From a virus (Duplodnaviria > Heunggongvirae > Uroviricota > Caudoviricetes): a DNA stretch of 14,869 bases. The DNA lies in the IMG/VR virus record IMGVR_UViG_3300043119_000443, one strand, 5' to 3'. Under the pieces are notes generated by a model. The model made no database searches. It had not been told where the DNA came from and saw only the letters and a list, made by a program, of their open reading frames with translations. Position numbers and translations under genes: made by a program. Shown here in pieces: positions 1 to 7,426 of the stretch (positions within the stretch are counted from its first letter, which is position 1; every line of letters starts with the position of its first letter).

Positions 1-707
1 ATCGCTTGCGCAGGATCGCCGACCGCCACAAGGCGCGAGTCGTCGCGCATGATCTTGCGAAGGATCGCGCGCTGAATCGGGTTCGTATCTTGCGCCTCGT
101 CCACGAAAACCCAGTCGAATTTCGGGAGCGTCACGCCTTCCTTGACGCACAGATAAAGCATGTCGTCGAAGTCGATCATTTTGGACGCGTTCGAGATGCG
201 CAGGAACTTGCGCGACCATTCGATTGCCGTCGCAAAATCCGCCGCGTCGCTTTCCAGCTCCATATCGTGATGATCCGCCAGCGCGACCCATTCCGACTCG
301 GTATCTTCCACAAGGCAACCGATGCCGACGCCTTTGGCAAGGCCGACCAGCTTGCGCACGAATTTCGCGTACAGGCGCGCGTCACGATCTTCCCAGTGAC
401 CAGCGTCCGAATCGGTCAGCCGATACATCTTGTCCGTCGTCGCGTCGCGCACGCCGCGCAGGCTCAGGGCCGGATTGAAAACCAGCGAGTGAAACGTGCG
501 AGCGTTCACGCCGCGCGATTTCAGCTCCGTCGCGATTGACTTGTTGAAGGCGAGAAAGATCACGCGCGCGTCGCCGCAACGCTTTGTCGCCTCGACGATG
601 GTCGTCGTTTTGCCGGACCCGGCGACGGCTTCCACGATCAAGTTCCCGGCTGTCGGGTTCTCGACGTGTGCGAAAATCGCCTGCTGATATTCGGACCACT
701 GTGTCAT
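1..707 (-). CDS. UvrD/Rep-like superfamily 1 helicase, N-terminal part (runs off left edge)
   Basis: Manual translation from ATG 707 (SD AGGAG): MTQWSEYQQAIF...LIVEAVAGSGKTTTI (Walker A), FLAFNKSIA (motif Ia), RTFHSL, DFDDML, VFVDEAQDTN (Walker B), VAVGDPAQA (motif III). Absent from the ORF track because the stop lies outside the window. Confidence 0.93.
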   Translation of the reverse strand, partial: MTQWSEYQQAIFAHVENPTAGNLIVEAVAGSGKTTTIVEATKRCGDARVIFLAFNKSIATELKSRGVNARTFHSLVFNPALSLRGVRDATTDKMYRLTDSDAGHWEDRDARLYAKFVRKLVGLAKGVGIGCLVEDTESEWVALADHHDMELESDAADFATAIEWSRKFLRISNASKMIDFDDMLYLCVKEGVTLPKFDWVFVDEAQDTNPIQRAILRKIMRDDSRLVAVGDPAQA

Positions 708-741
708 AACGGAAGCTCCTGAAACTCTCTGACGGTTGCGT

Positions 742-757
742 TGCGATTGTCATGCCA
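742..757 (-). promoter_or_regulatory. sigma54-type promoter TGGCATGACAATCGCA
   Basis: GG-N10-GC, 35 nt upstream of the helicase ATG. Confidence 0.6.
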
Positions 758-810
758 CGCCGGGCGGTCCGGATCAACCGGAAAATTATTACCGTGAAAC
801 GTCGCGCGCG

Positions 811-850
811 GTAAGGATAATGGCGGGTGGTCGATCGTTAAGGATAATGG
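811..850. repeat. Degenerate TTAAGGTTAA-type pair (GTAAGGATAA-N17-TTAAGGATAA)
   Basis: Direct repeat TAAGGATAATGGC x2 with 27-bp period, upstream of the 742-757 motif. Confidence 0.5.
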
Positions 851-1145
851 CCGGGCGGCGGATCGGGCGGACGCGGGGGCTTCAGCGGGTTACCCCTCCA
901 CCATTATCCGCGCCCGTTCTCCCGCCGTCATCCTTTCGCCCTTGCATGACGCTAGCCGGGCGTCGGGCTTCTCTTCGCGGCGATCACTTTCCGCTAGGCG
1001 TTTGCATCGCCACGTCTCTATAAAATCCTTCGGCTCTTTCGTCGCCGTTTCCTTGTGAACCAGAAAAACCCGGACCAGAAACTTCGGCCCTTGCGTCCAT
1101 CGGTCAGCCAGCTTCCCATTGCAATCCTTACGCCAGTTAGAGAAC

Positions 1146-1367
1146 GCGCCCGGTGCGGTTTAGGTCGCCGGGCGCGACCGTCTGATGGCTACCGCTGCCA
1201 AAATTTGAACCGTGCTGAATTGATCCGTTCCTAACCACGCTCAAGCCGCAGGGGCGAGCATGACGGGAGGGCAGACTTTTCGGACTCGCGTCCTAATCCA
1301 GCTTTGCAGTCTGTTACCAGTTCGAGCCCGCGCCGTTCACGCGCGGTTAGAGTTCCCTCCCTTGAGC
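1146..1367 (-). ncRNA. Candidate structured RNA (multi-stem domain plus H-type pseudoknot)
   Basis: Nested stems GCTCAAG/CTTGAGC, GGAGGG/CCCTCC, CCGCGC/GCGCGG, CAGACT/AGTCTG, GGAC-GCGA-GTCC; pseudoknot at 1179-1148; no convincing CDS. Confidence 0.35.
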
Positions 1368-1370
1368 AAC

Positions 1371-2120
1371 TTAATACACAAGTCCGAGTCGTTTTTGCAG
1401 ATACTTCGCGACCGCCTTGCGGACGCGTGCAATGTCCGCGCCCTTGCGGTAGGCGACGAAACTGATCTGCGTATCTGTCCAGCCGCCGGATCGCAGCGCG
1501 TTCATGATCAGCGTGCCGTGCATGTATCCCTCGCGGATGTGTTCGAGCAAGTGGCCGGTGTCGCCGTCGTGCGTGGTCATGCCTTCGCCCCGGAACGGGC
1601 CTTGCTGCGGAAGCGTCTCACGTTGCGCCATGCAGATGAAACAGTCGCCCAGTTCCGGCTTGGGAAGCTCGACGCCGTCCGGGAGCGTCGCCTTAACGAA
1701 GTCGCGAATCTGCTTCTTGAGCAACTTGGCCGCGACGCCGTCGCGCTGCGCTTGCGCGCGTGCGTCAGGATCATCCCAAGCGTCCGGGAGGATCATGCCA
1801 TCGGTGAAAGGAATCGCGTCCACGTGCTCCGGACGCTTGCCGACGAACCACTGGCCTTTGTTCGAGTAGATGTAGAAAGCGCCGAGGCCGAACGCGCCGA
1901 GGGAGATGTTGAGTCTGTCCTTAGTCGTGACGCTTTTCCAGCCGCCGGTGTCCAGCTTGACCCGTCCGTCCGGGAGCTGCACAGCGATGTCCGTTGTGTG
2001 CAGGCGGATGACGTTCTCGCCGTCGGCGCGCGTGTAGCGGAAAGTATTGTTCGCGATCTTGCGGGGCTTCCCGGCGATGTCCGGGACGCGCCTGAAACTG
2101 TCAGCCATAGAAATTCGCAT
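1371..2120 (-). CDS. Phage hypothetical protein, 249 aa, with possible Zn-binding C-terminal motif
   Basis: ATG 2120 after leader AGAGAGACACCG; motifs IRLHTTDIA...GGWKSVTTKDRLN and GDCFIC...HLLEH. Confidence 0.85.
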   Translation of the reverse strand: MRISMADSFRRVPDIAGKPRKIANNTFRYTRADGENVIRLHTTDIAVQLPDGRVKLDTGGWKSVTTKDRLNISLGAFGLGAFYIYSNKGQWFVGKRPEHVDAIPFTDGMILPDAWDDPDARAQAQRDGVAAKLLKKQIRDFVKATLPDGVELPKPELGDCFICMAQRETLPQQGPFRGEGMTTHDGDTGHLLEHIREGYMHGTLIMNALRSGGWTDTQISFVAYRKGADIARVRKAVAKYLQKRLGLVY

Positions 2121-2171
2121 CGGTGTCTCTCTGGTTTGTGTGGCGGGCCTTATGCCCGCCACGTCTAACAA

Positions 2172-2187
2172 TGCAAGCGCCGTGCCG
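2172..2187 (-). promoter_or_regulatory. sigma54-type promoter CGGCACGGCGCTTGCA
   Basis: Near-consensus, directly after the upstream TGA; followed by a 9-bp hairpin (2140-2162) and the leader. Confidence 0.75.
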
Positions 2188-2628
2188 TCAGTCCGCCCGC
2201 GTTTGGGAGAACGCGCCGACCACGCCGTTGGCCGTCAGGTGCTCGACGAACGCCAGCGCGCCGATCTCTTTGATGTCCATCGATTGCCCGCGATACTGGC
2301 CGGGGCCGTGAAAATACCAGTCGCTCGCCGTGTGGACGCCTTTCTTGACGTATCCAGCCCGGTCGCCCATGTCGCGCCCGGCTGTCAGTGCCTTGGCGAT
2401 CCGCAGGGCCTTCATCAGTTCGGGGTTCTGCTTGGCAGGGATGATGACCCAAGCAAAGCCGCAATACATCGGCTCGATTGCGTGCTCGCCGCCGCAGGCG
2501 TTCGCCGCTCTCGCCCATGCTTCATCGCCGCGCGCCTTCACTTCGGCGCGGTAGGCGGTGATAGCCTTGTCCATCGCAGCGGTTGCCGCCGCGTGTGCGT
2601 TGTTGATCAGTTCCACATAGTTGCGCAT
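2188..2628 (-). CDS. Phage hypothetical protein, 146 aa (CGFAWV...QSMDIKE motif)
   Basis: ATG 2628 after the same AGAGAGACACCG leader as 2120. Confidence 0.85.
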   Translation of the reverse strand: MRNYVELINNAHAAATAAMDKAITAYRAEVKARGDEAWARAANACGGEHAIEPMYCGFAWVIIPAKQNPELMKALRIAKALTAGRDMGDRAGYVKKGVHTASDWYFHGPGQYRGQSMDIKEIGALAFVEHLTANGVVGAFSQTRAD

Positions 2629-2672
2629 CGGTGTCTCTCTTTGTTGCAGTAGGGAAGCCATGGGGGATGTAT

Positions 2673-2688
2673 TGCATCCCCCATGCCA
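2673..2688 (-). promoter_or_regulatory. sigma54-type promoter TGGCATGGGGGATGCA inside an 11-bp inverted repeat
   Basis: GG-N10-GC; IR CATGGGGGATG-N5-CATCCCCCATG. Confidence 0.65.
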
Positions 2689-2693
2689 CGTGT

Positions 2694-2960
2694 CTACAGA
2701 AAAAAGCCTTCGCTGATCTCGACCGTCACGCCGGTCCGTTCAAGGATCGCCGCCGCAAGGTTTTCGCAGTGCTTGCGCGCCTTCTCTTTCCCTTTGGCGT
2801 CGCCGTTCTTGTACTGAAAATACTGCTCGCGTCCGAACGCCTCCCTGATCTTCGCGTATGCGTCCTTGCGCTCTTGCGAGCGGAGGGGGTACGTGCCGAT
2901 GGAAAGGTGACAGGTGAAATGCGACATTGAATGATCGCCGCCGAAAAACGTCTTAGTCAT
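2694..2960 (-). CDS. Hypothetical protein, 88 aa
   Basis: ATG 2960 with SD GGAG; ORF track frame. Confidence 0.75.
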   Translation of the reverse strand: MTKTFFGGDHSMSHFTCHLSIGTYPLRSQERKDAYAKIREAFGREQYFQYKNGDAKGKEKARKHCENLAAAILERTGVTVEISEGFFL

Positions 2961-3011
2961 AGTTCTCTCCGTGTCCATTACGGGACGGTCGTGCCGCCCC
3001 ATAACGAACAA

Positions 3012-3027
3012 TGCAAGCCCCATGCCA
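3012..3027 (-). promoter_or_regulatory. sigma54-type promoter TGGCATGGGGCTTGCA
   Basis: Near-consensus, intergenic, upstream of ATG 2960. Confidence 0.75.
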
Positions 3028-3051
3028 CGTGCCCGAGGCCCGTGTCCTTAA

Positions 3052-3096
3052 CCTTACCACCGATTGCCCGTTAGCCTTACCACCGATTGCCCGTTA
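3052..3096. repeat. Tandem 22-bp repeat CCTTACCACCGATTGCCCGTTA x2, followed by TTAA half-sites and TTAACCAT
   Basis: Copies at 3052-3073 and 3075-3096 (period 23). Confidence 0.85.
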
Positions 3097-3109
3097 ATGA
3101 TTAACGGCG

Positions 3110-3490
3110 TTAACCATAAATCCATTCTTTCGGTCGTCGCTCCGCGAACGGGGTCATCGAATGCACGATGGCCGTGTTGCTGGCGCGCGGTTCGATCATG
3201 ACACAATGACCGCCGCGAATTGTCAGCCCGCCGCCCTTCTCATAGTTGCGCGAGACTTCCAGATAATCCTCGAACGATGGCCCGAAACGGAATCGGATCG
3301 TCGCGTGTTCGAGAATGGGCCGCGCAGGATCGTCGCCATAGCCGACGATTGTGTTCCGCGTCAATTCATCCGCGACGCCAAGCTGCTCGTCCAGACGGTC
3401 GCGCAGGCTCTTTTCGTTGCGCTCCATCGACTCGATGTGCGTCTGCCACTTCTTAGGCAAACGCTCGAACCCGTCCGGCCTGATCATCAT
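3110..3490 (-). CDS. Hypothetical protein, 126 aa
   Basis: ATGA overlap with the upstream stop at 3490-3487. Confidence 0.75.
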   Translation of the reverse strand: MMIRPDGFERLPKKWQTHIESMERNEKSLRDRLDEQLGVADELTRNTIVGYGDDPARPILEHATIRFRFGPSFEDYLEVSRNYEKGGGLTIRGGHCVMIEPRASNTAIVHSMTPFAERRPKEWIYG

Positions 3491-3891
3491 GATCTGATCC
3501 AATACGTGACGCCGTCAAAATCGACCGACGTATAATCTTGCTGCAACTCTTCCGCCGCCTGTTTCCAGTCGATGCACGTCTGCGGCCATGACGCATTGCT
3601 GTCAATCGCGCCGATGTCATCGGCGAATTCACGCGCCCAGCGTTCGAAGTGAGAGTCGCGTATCAGCGCCTCGCCATGATGCCAGTCGGCGCAACCTTCG
3701 GCTTCTTCCGCCAGCGCCAGAAGCGCCGTCAGCTCTTCCTGCTCTTCCGTCATATCGACGCCGTTAACCATGAAACCTTCTTCGGTTTCTTCGCCGCCGT
3801 CCAGCTCTTCCTGTAGCTGCTCGATCTTTTCGATCACGTCGCGGCTGTCGATGATGTCGTCGCCGTTCGAGATGTTGATTCTGCGGGCCAT
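3487..3891 (-). CDS. Highly acidic protein, ArdA/Ocr-like DNA-mimic (antirestriction) candidate, 134 aa
   Basis: 35 D+E versus 9 K+R by manual count; C-terminal CIDWKQAAEELQQDY resembles the ArdA Y(I/F)DYE.Y.RDL motif. CDS solid, function tentative. Confidence 0.6.
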   Translation of the reverse strand: MARRINISNGDDIIDSRDVIEKIEQLQEELDGGEETEEGFMVNGVDMTEEQEELTALLALAEEAEGCADWHHGEALIRDSHFERWAREFADDIGAIDSNASWPQTCIDWKQAAEELQQDYTSVDFDGVTYWIRS

Positions 3892-3924
3892 TCTGAAACT
3901 CTCCGGTTGATGTAGTCCAATCAA

Positions 3925-3940
3925 TGCAAGCGCCGTGCCT
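3925..3940 (-). promoter_or_regulatory. sigma54-type promoter AGGCACGGCGCTTGCA
   Basis: Shares 17 identical bp with the 2172 site; overlaps the upstream TAG. Confidence 0.75.
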
Positions 3941-4175
3941 ACAGGTGCGTGCGCAGGTCCAGCGTCATGTTCTGCAACGTCCGGATGGCGAGGTGAAAGC
4001 CATCCTCCAGACCTTTGCAGTACGTCTTAGCCTCAAGCGCCAGCGCCGCCCGTGCCGCCGCCTTGTCCACGTCCGGGCGGTTGTCGGCGCTCAGCGATTT
4101 GACCGGCTGATCGTTAACCGCGATGACCGCGTAGTCCGGTGTCGGAAACAGTACAGTGATCTTCTGGTTACCCAT
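3939..4175 (-). CDS. Hypothetical protein, 78 aa
   Basis: SD AGGAGG, ATG one base after the upstream TAA. Confidence 0.8.
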   Translation of the reverse strand: MGNQKITVLFPTPDYAVIAVNDQPVKSLSADNRPDVDKAAARAALALEAKTYCKGLEDGFHLAIRTLQNMTLDLRTHL

Positions 4176-4176
4176 G

Positions 4177-4716
4177 TTAGCCTCCTAGTTCCGCAATGGC
4201 GCGGTCCTTTTCCTGATTGTATGGGTAGAGCAATTCCGATGCCAAGTCTCGCGCGCATTCGGCGATGTAGTCCTCACAATTGCTCTCGACGCCGCCGAGG
4301 TATTGCGTTTCATGCGTGCCGTCCAGCGTCACACCGATGACCACGTATTGCCATTCATCATCACACCAGCCGCGCAGAAATTCATAGTCGCGGCGGACCG
4401 CTTCCTTGCGGATGTCGCGGGCCGTGGGCGTGCGTCCCAGACGTTTCGCCAGCTTGGCCTTGTGCTCTTCGCACAGGCCCCATCCGTCGCGCTTGGCGAT
4501 GGTCATCGTCTCGAACCAGTTATACAGGCGCTCGTAATGGCGTTCGCAAGAAAGACGCCAGTATCCACGCGGTTCGGTCGTCGTCTCGCGTCGCTGCCAG
4601 TCGCCGACAACGCCGTGACCTTCAGCGCGCTCCCATGGCGTGTCGCCGCAATCGTCGCGCTCGATTGAAACGGTGAAGGTCGCGCCTTCATGTTCGAATT
4701 TGTCGCCGTCGTACAT
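4177..4716 (-). CDS. Phage hypothetical protein, 179 aa
   Basis: Leader CAACCGAAGAGTTTCAGAATG; acidic/aromatic, PWERAEGHG and DYEFLRGWCDDEWQY motifs. Confidence 0.85.
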   Translation of the reverse strand: MYDGDKFEHEGATFTVSIERDDCGDTPWERAEGHGVVGDWQRRETTTEPRGYWRLSCERHYERLYNWFETMTIAKRDGWGLCEEHKAKLAKRLGRTPTARDIRKEAVRRDYEFLRGWCDDEWQYVVIGVTLDGTHETQYLGGVESNCEDYIAECARDLASELLYPYNQEKDRAIAELGG

Positions 4717-4749
4717 TCTGAAACTCTTCGGTTGCTCTAGTTCGAATGA

Positions 4750-4765
4750 TGCAATCGCTATGCCA
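4750..4765 (-). promoter_or_regulatory. sigma54-type promoter TGGCATAGCGATTGCA
   Basis: Near-consensus, 33 nt upstream of ATG 4716. Confidence 0.75.
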
Positions 4766-4902
4766 TGCCGGCTAGTCTAGGTAAGTGTGCGCTGGCGTAC
4801 TCTGTTACAAATAGCGACCGCGACCTACTTCGATCTGATTCCTGATCTCGCGCCAGCCGTCGAATCTCTCGACGATCTCGCGGCCATGCGTGATATGGCG
4901 TA

Positions 4903-5085
4903 CTAGGTCGAAGGCGGGGCGACAAACCCATGTCGCTCCGCTATCGCCGCCAGCCAGTTGATCGTGGCCGGTAGCGTCGCCTGTATGATAGCGTCGCGCA
5001 GGATCGCCGACGCCGGGTGCAGGTGGCCGTCGATCTCGACCCAACGCGCCAGCGCGTTCGCCAGTGCTTGCGTGTCCCTGTCCAT
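4903..5085 (-). CDS. Hypothetical protein, 60 aa (possible -1 frame extension to 4805)
   Basis: ATG immediately follows the upstream TAG. Confidence 0.6.
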   Translation of the reverse strand: MDRDTQALANALARWVEIDGHLHPASAILRDAIIQATLPATINWLAAIAERHGFVAPPST

Positions 5086-5280
5086 CTATTCGATCTCGAT
5101 TGTAAACTGGGGGCCGGGCGTGTCGTGCTTGTGATGCGCGTAATGCCAGCCCTTCACGAACCAGCGCGCCGACTGATCATCGGGGAACGTGTGCGAAGGG
5201 GGCGATATGTGCAGCGACCGCGACGGGGGCGCGAACATGACTCTTCCGTCGCTCAGGCGCGTGAGGTGATACGTGATCAT
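5086..5280 (-). CDS. Hypothetical protein, 64 aa
   Basis: ATGA coupling at 5280-5277. Confidence 0.7.
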   Translation of the reverse strand: MITYHLTRLSDGRVMFAPPSRSLHISPPSHTFPDDQSARWFVKGWHYAHHKHDTPGPQFTIEIE

Positions 5281-5474
5281 GCGCGCAGCTCGTACGCCAG
5301 CGCCCGGATATTGCGGACGCGTTCCTCGACCACTAGGTCCGACTCGTCAAGGATCACGCCATACAGCGCGCCGTCGTCCATTGCGCCCAACAGGCGCGCG
5401 TGTGCCGCCCATTTTTCTTTGCAGCGCCCGGTGTAGGTCATGCCGTCACGGTTGACGTAGCTGATTCGGTACAC
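5277..5474 (-). CDS. Hypothetical protein, 65 aa
   Basis: GTG 5474 with SD GGAG. Confidence 0.7.
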   Translation of the reverse strand: MYRISYVNRDGMTYTGRCKEKWAAHARLLGAMDDGALYGVILDESDLVVEERVRNIRALAYELRA

Positions 5475-5568
5475 TTGTGTCTCCGTACAGGTTGCTCTCC
5501 CCTGCCACAAGCAAAGCACATGCCATGAAAATGGCCGCAGTGATTAACAGCGAGAGTGTCTGTTTCAT
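5446..5568 (-). CDS. Possible 40-aa hydrophobic peptide (MKQTLSLLITAAIFMACALLVAG...)
   Basis: Signal/TM-like N-terminus, fills the gap after the 5574 stop; no clear SD. Confidence 0.35.
   Translation of the reverse strand: MKQTLSLLITAAIFMACALLVAGESNLYGDTSVPNQLRQP
5510..5525 (-). promoter_or_regulatory. sigma54-type promoter TGGCATGTGCTTTGCT
   Basis: Near-consensus, 35 nt upstream of GTG 5474. Confidence 0.65.
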
Positions 5569-5573
5569 TAGGG

Positions 5574-5780
5574 TTACCGGGGCTCGATCTCGAATTCCAT
5601 CCGGTGCTTGGCGCGTCCCTTGTTGAGACTTTCGCACGTCAGGTCAGCATCGCCGTCGTCGCGCTTGTAAACCTTAGCGCGGTCCCGGAATTGCGTAAAC
5701 GCTTCCTGTCCCTGCTTGCCGGTGTAGTACAGGACGCGGCCCGACTTGATGTCGGTGCCGCGCAAAATACTGTTAGCCAC
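5574..5780 (-). CDS. Hypothetical protein, 68 aa
   Basis: GTG 3 nt after the upstream TAG. Confidence 0.7.
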   Translation of the reverse strand: MANSILRGTDIKSGRVLYYTGKQGQEAFTQFRDRAKVYKRDDGDADLTCESLNKGRAKHRMEFEIEPR

Positions 5781-5783
5781 GTT

Positions 5784-6191
5784 CTAGTCCCTTTCGATCT
5801 TCTTCACTTCCACGGTGAACCCGGCGATCATCAGCTCGCGCCGGACGTTCTGCGCCGTCGATTCGTCATCCGTCTGGACAATGCACTGTGACACAAGTTT
5901 GCCGTCGCGCAATCCCTCGACCATGTCCTTTGCATCTTTCAGGCCGTAGTTCGCGCCCCAGTGGCGGATTGCCTTGATGCCGTCGATCAGCCGCGCGCCG
6001 TCGTGGTTCGTGATGATGACGCGATACAGCACAGCCGCGCCATACACTTCATTGGCAAGCTCTTCGGCCCATTTCTGTAGACCGTTCTGGATCATGACCG
6101 CCAGCAGAGGGTCCGCCTCGCCGATGGCCGGTTGCAGCATCTTGCGCTCGCGGATCATGCGGCGGATGAAGTCGTCGCGTGTCAAAAGCAT
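5784..6191 (-). CDS. Ribosomal protein bL12 (L7/L12) C-terminal-domain-like protein
   Basis: YRVII...LIDGIKAIR..YGLKDAKDMVE...AQNVRRELMIAGFTVEVK parallels bL12 FDVIL...VAVIKAVR..GLGLKEAKDLVE...AEALKKALEEAGAEVEVK; start ATG 6191 or TTG 6200. Confidence 0.75.
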   Translation of the reverse strand: MLLTRDDFIRRMIRERKMLQPAIGEADPLLAVMIQNGLQKWAEELANEVYGAAVLYRVIITNHDGARLIDGIKAIRHWGANYGLKDAKDMVEGLRDGKLVSQCIVQTDDESTAQNVRRELMIAGFTVEVKKIERD

Positions 6192-6196
6192 CTGGT

Positions 6197-6430
6197 TCAA
6201 TCCATTACGTCAAAGGTTGCATCGTCCGGCAGGCCGTGGATCGTGGCGACTTCGCTCACGGTCACGCCGTCCGGTTCGTCGCCGTCGCTCTCGATGTTGA
6301 GCGTGGCGAATGTGGGCTTCGCGTGCGTGCCGACGTACGCCAGCGCCTTGCTCAGCGCCTCGCCTTCCGACTCCGCTTTGATGTAGAGCGTGGCCCAGAC
6401 GGGCACGTCAACAGAGTATTCCAGTGTCAC
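6197..6430 (-). CDS. Acidic hypothetical protein, 77 aa
   Basis: GTGA coupling, SD GGGAG. Confidence 0.75.
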   Translation of the reverse strand: MTLEYSVDVPVWATLYIKAESEGEALSKALAYVGTHAKPTFATLNIESDGDEPDGVTVSEVATIHGLPDDATFDVMD

Positions 6431-6651
6431 GATGCGACTCCCATCAGTTGATCGATTGATCCGACGATATACTGCCGACGGTCCGCGTCATAGACCGATC
6501 CGCCCGTCTCGCGAACGCCGCGAACAAACGCCGCGAAGGCATTGCCGTCGCCCGCCGTGTTCTCGAACCGCGCCACAAGTTGACCGTCCACGCTCACGAT
6601 GACCGGGCCGGTGATGTGATTCGAACTTTGCCGCATGAAGTCGTAACGCAT
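6427..6651 (-). CDS. Hypothetical protein, 74 aa
   Basis: Leader AGAGAGACACCTATG. Confidence 0.8.
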   Translation of the reverse strand: MRYDFMRQSSNHITGPVIVSVDGQLVARFENTAGDGNAFAAFVRGVRETGGSVYDADRRQYIVGSIDQLMGVAS

Positions 6652-6690
6652 AGGTGTCTCTCTCTGTTTTCCCGCCCGTGTCGGGCGTGC

Positions 6691-6933
6691 TCAGTGCCTT
6701 GCGGGATTCATGCCAACGCGCCGGTCGCGCTGCTCAGCGCTTTCCATCTGGTAAACCGTGCCGACGCGATACACGTCTTTCCCGATATCGCACGCCTGCC
6801 ATCCCCCAAAGTTGGCTTGGCCGATGCCGCGCGAAAACATATTGCCGGGCAGGCCGACCGTGCCGTCAGGAAGCCGTCGCACAGTGCCGACGTACCCGCG
6901 CCAGTTCATCGGGTGGACGCCTTGCGGGGTCAC
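6691..6933 (-). CDS. Hypothetical protein, 80 aa
   Basis: GTGA coupling to the upstream gene. Confidence 0.7.
   Translation of the reverse strand: MTPQGVHPMNWRGYVGTVRRLPDGTVGLPGNMFSRGIGQANFGGWQACDIGKDVYRVGTVYQMESAEQRDRRVGMNPARH
6700..6715 (-). promoter_or_regulatory. Weaker sigma54-type promoter TGGCATGAATCCCGCA
   Basis: GG-N10-GC at the same relative position as the 2172 and 2673 sites. Confidence 0.45.
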
Positions 6934-7172
6934 GTGTGGCGCTCCAGCTTGTAACGCTCTTTCGAGACGGAACCGTCCGCCGTGCGCTTCTCGATGATGA
7001 TGATGTCCCGGTCCGCGCCCAGTTGGCGACGCTCGCGCGTGTAGCTGATCAGGTCAGGCAACGGGCCGATGATGCCGGGCAGGGCGTTGTCGAATTCCTG
7101 CTCTTGACCGTATGACGCGATCACAGCGAACGGGCCAGCGGGATACAGTTGCCGGTGGAGTGTGCAGCGCAT
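6930..7172 (-). CDS. Hypothetical protein, 80 aa
   Basis: Leader CAACCGGAGATTTTCAAAATG. Confidence 0.8.
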   Translation of the reverse strand: MRCTLHRQLYPAGPFAVIASYGQEQEFDNALPGIIGPLPDLISYTRERRQLGADRDIIIIEKRTADGSVSKERYKLERHT

Positions 7173-7192
7173 TTTGAAAATCTCCGGTTGCT

Positions 7193-7426
7193 CTAATCAG
7201 GACGATGCAACATGCGTGCCACGCTCTTGTACTCACGATAGGCGTCGCGCGTTAAGTCTTGATAAACCATAACCGCCTCCGCATACATCCGCGTCCATTC
7301 GTCGGGCGTGATCGCCTTGGCGCTCCGCATCTTTTCGAGCCTATACATCTCGTCTTCCAGCAGCTCGCTTGCCGGGCTCGCGACCTCGCAATACTTGGCC
7401 CAAGCCGCCGCTTCCCAGACGCTCAT
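7193..7426 (-). CDS. Hypothetical protein, 77 aa
   Basis: ATGA coupling. Confidence 0.7.
   Translation of the reverse strand: MSVWEAAAWAKYCEVASPASELLEDEMYRLEKMRSAKAITPDEWTRMYAEAVMVYQDLTRDAYREYKSVARMLHRPD
7206..7221 (-). promoter_or_regulatory. sigma54-type promoter TGGCACGCATGTTGCA
   Basis: Full match to TGGCACG-N4-TTGCW. Confidence 0.8.

Noticed and set aside
382-777. Minus-strand 131-aa ORF in the track
   Set aside because: Alternate frame overlapping the true helicase frame
1272-1313. Hammerhead ribozyme (CTGGATTA-stem-GAAA)
   Set aside because: Core differs from CUGAUGA, stem I is essentially absent and the cleavage triplet is wrong
1130-1370. tmRNA, group I intron or RNase P RNA
   Set aside because: No tRNA-like ends or ANDN-type tag; P4/P6/Q elements and RNase P conserved regions not found
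6-2652. Long plus-strand ORFs (6-539, 1260-2168, 2047-2652)
   Set aside because: Antisense shadows of clear minus-strand genes; no SD or recognisable motifs
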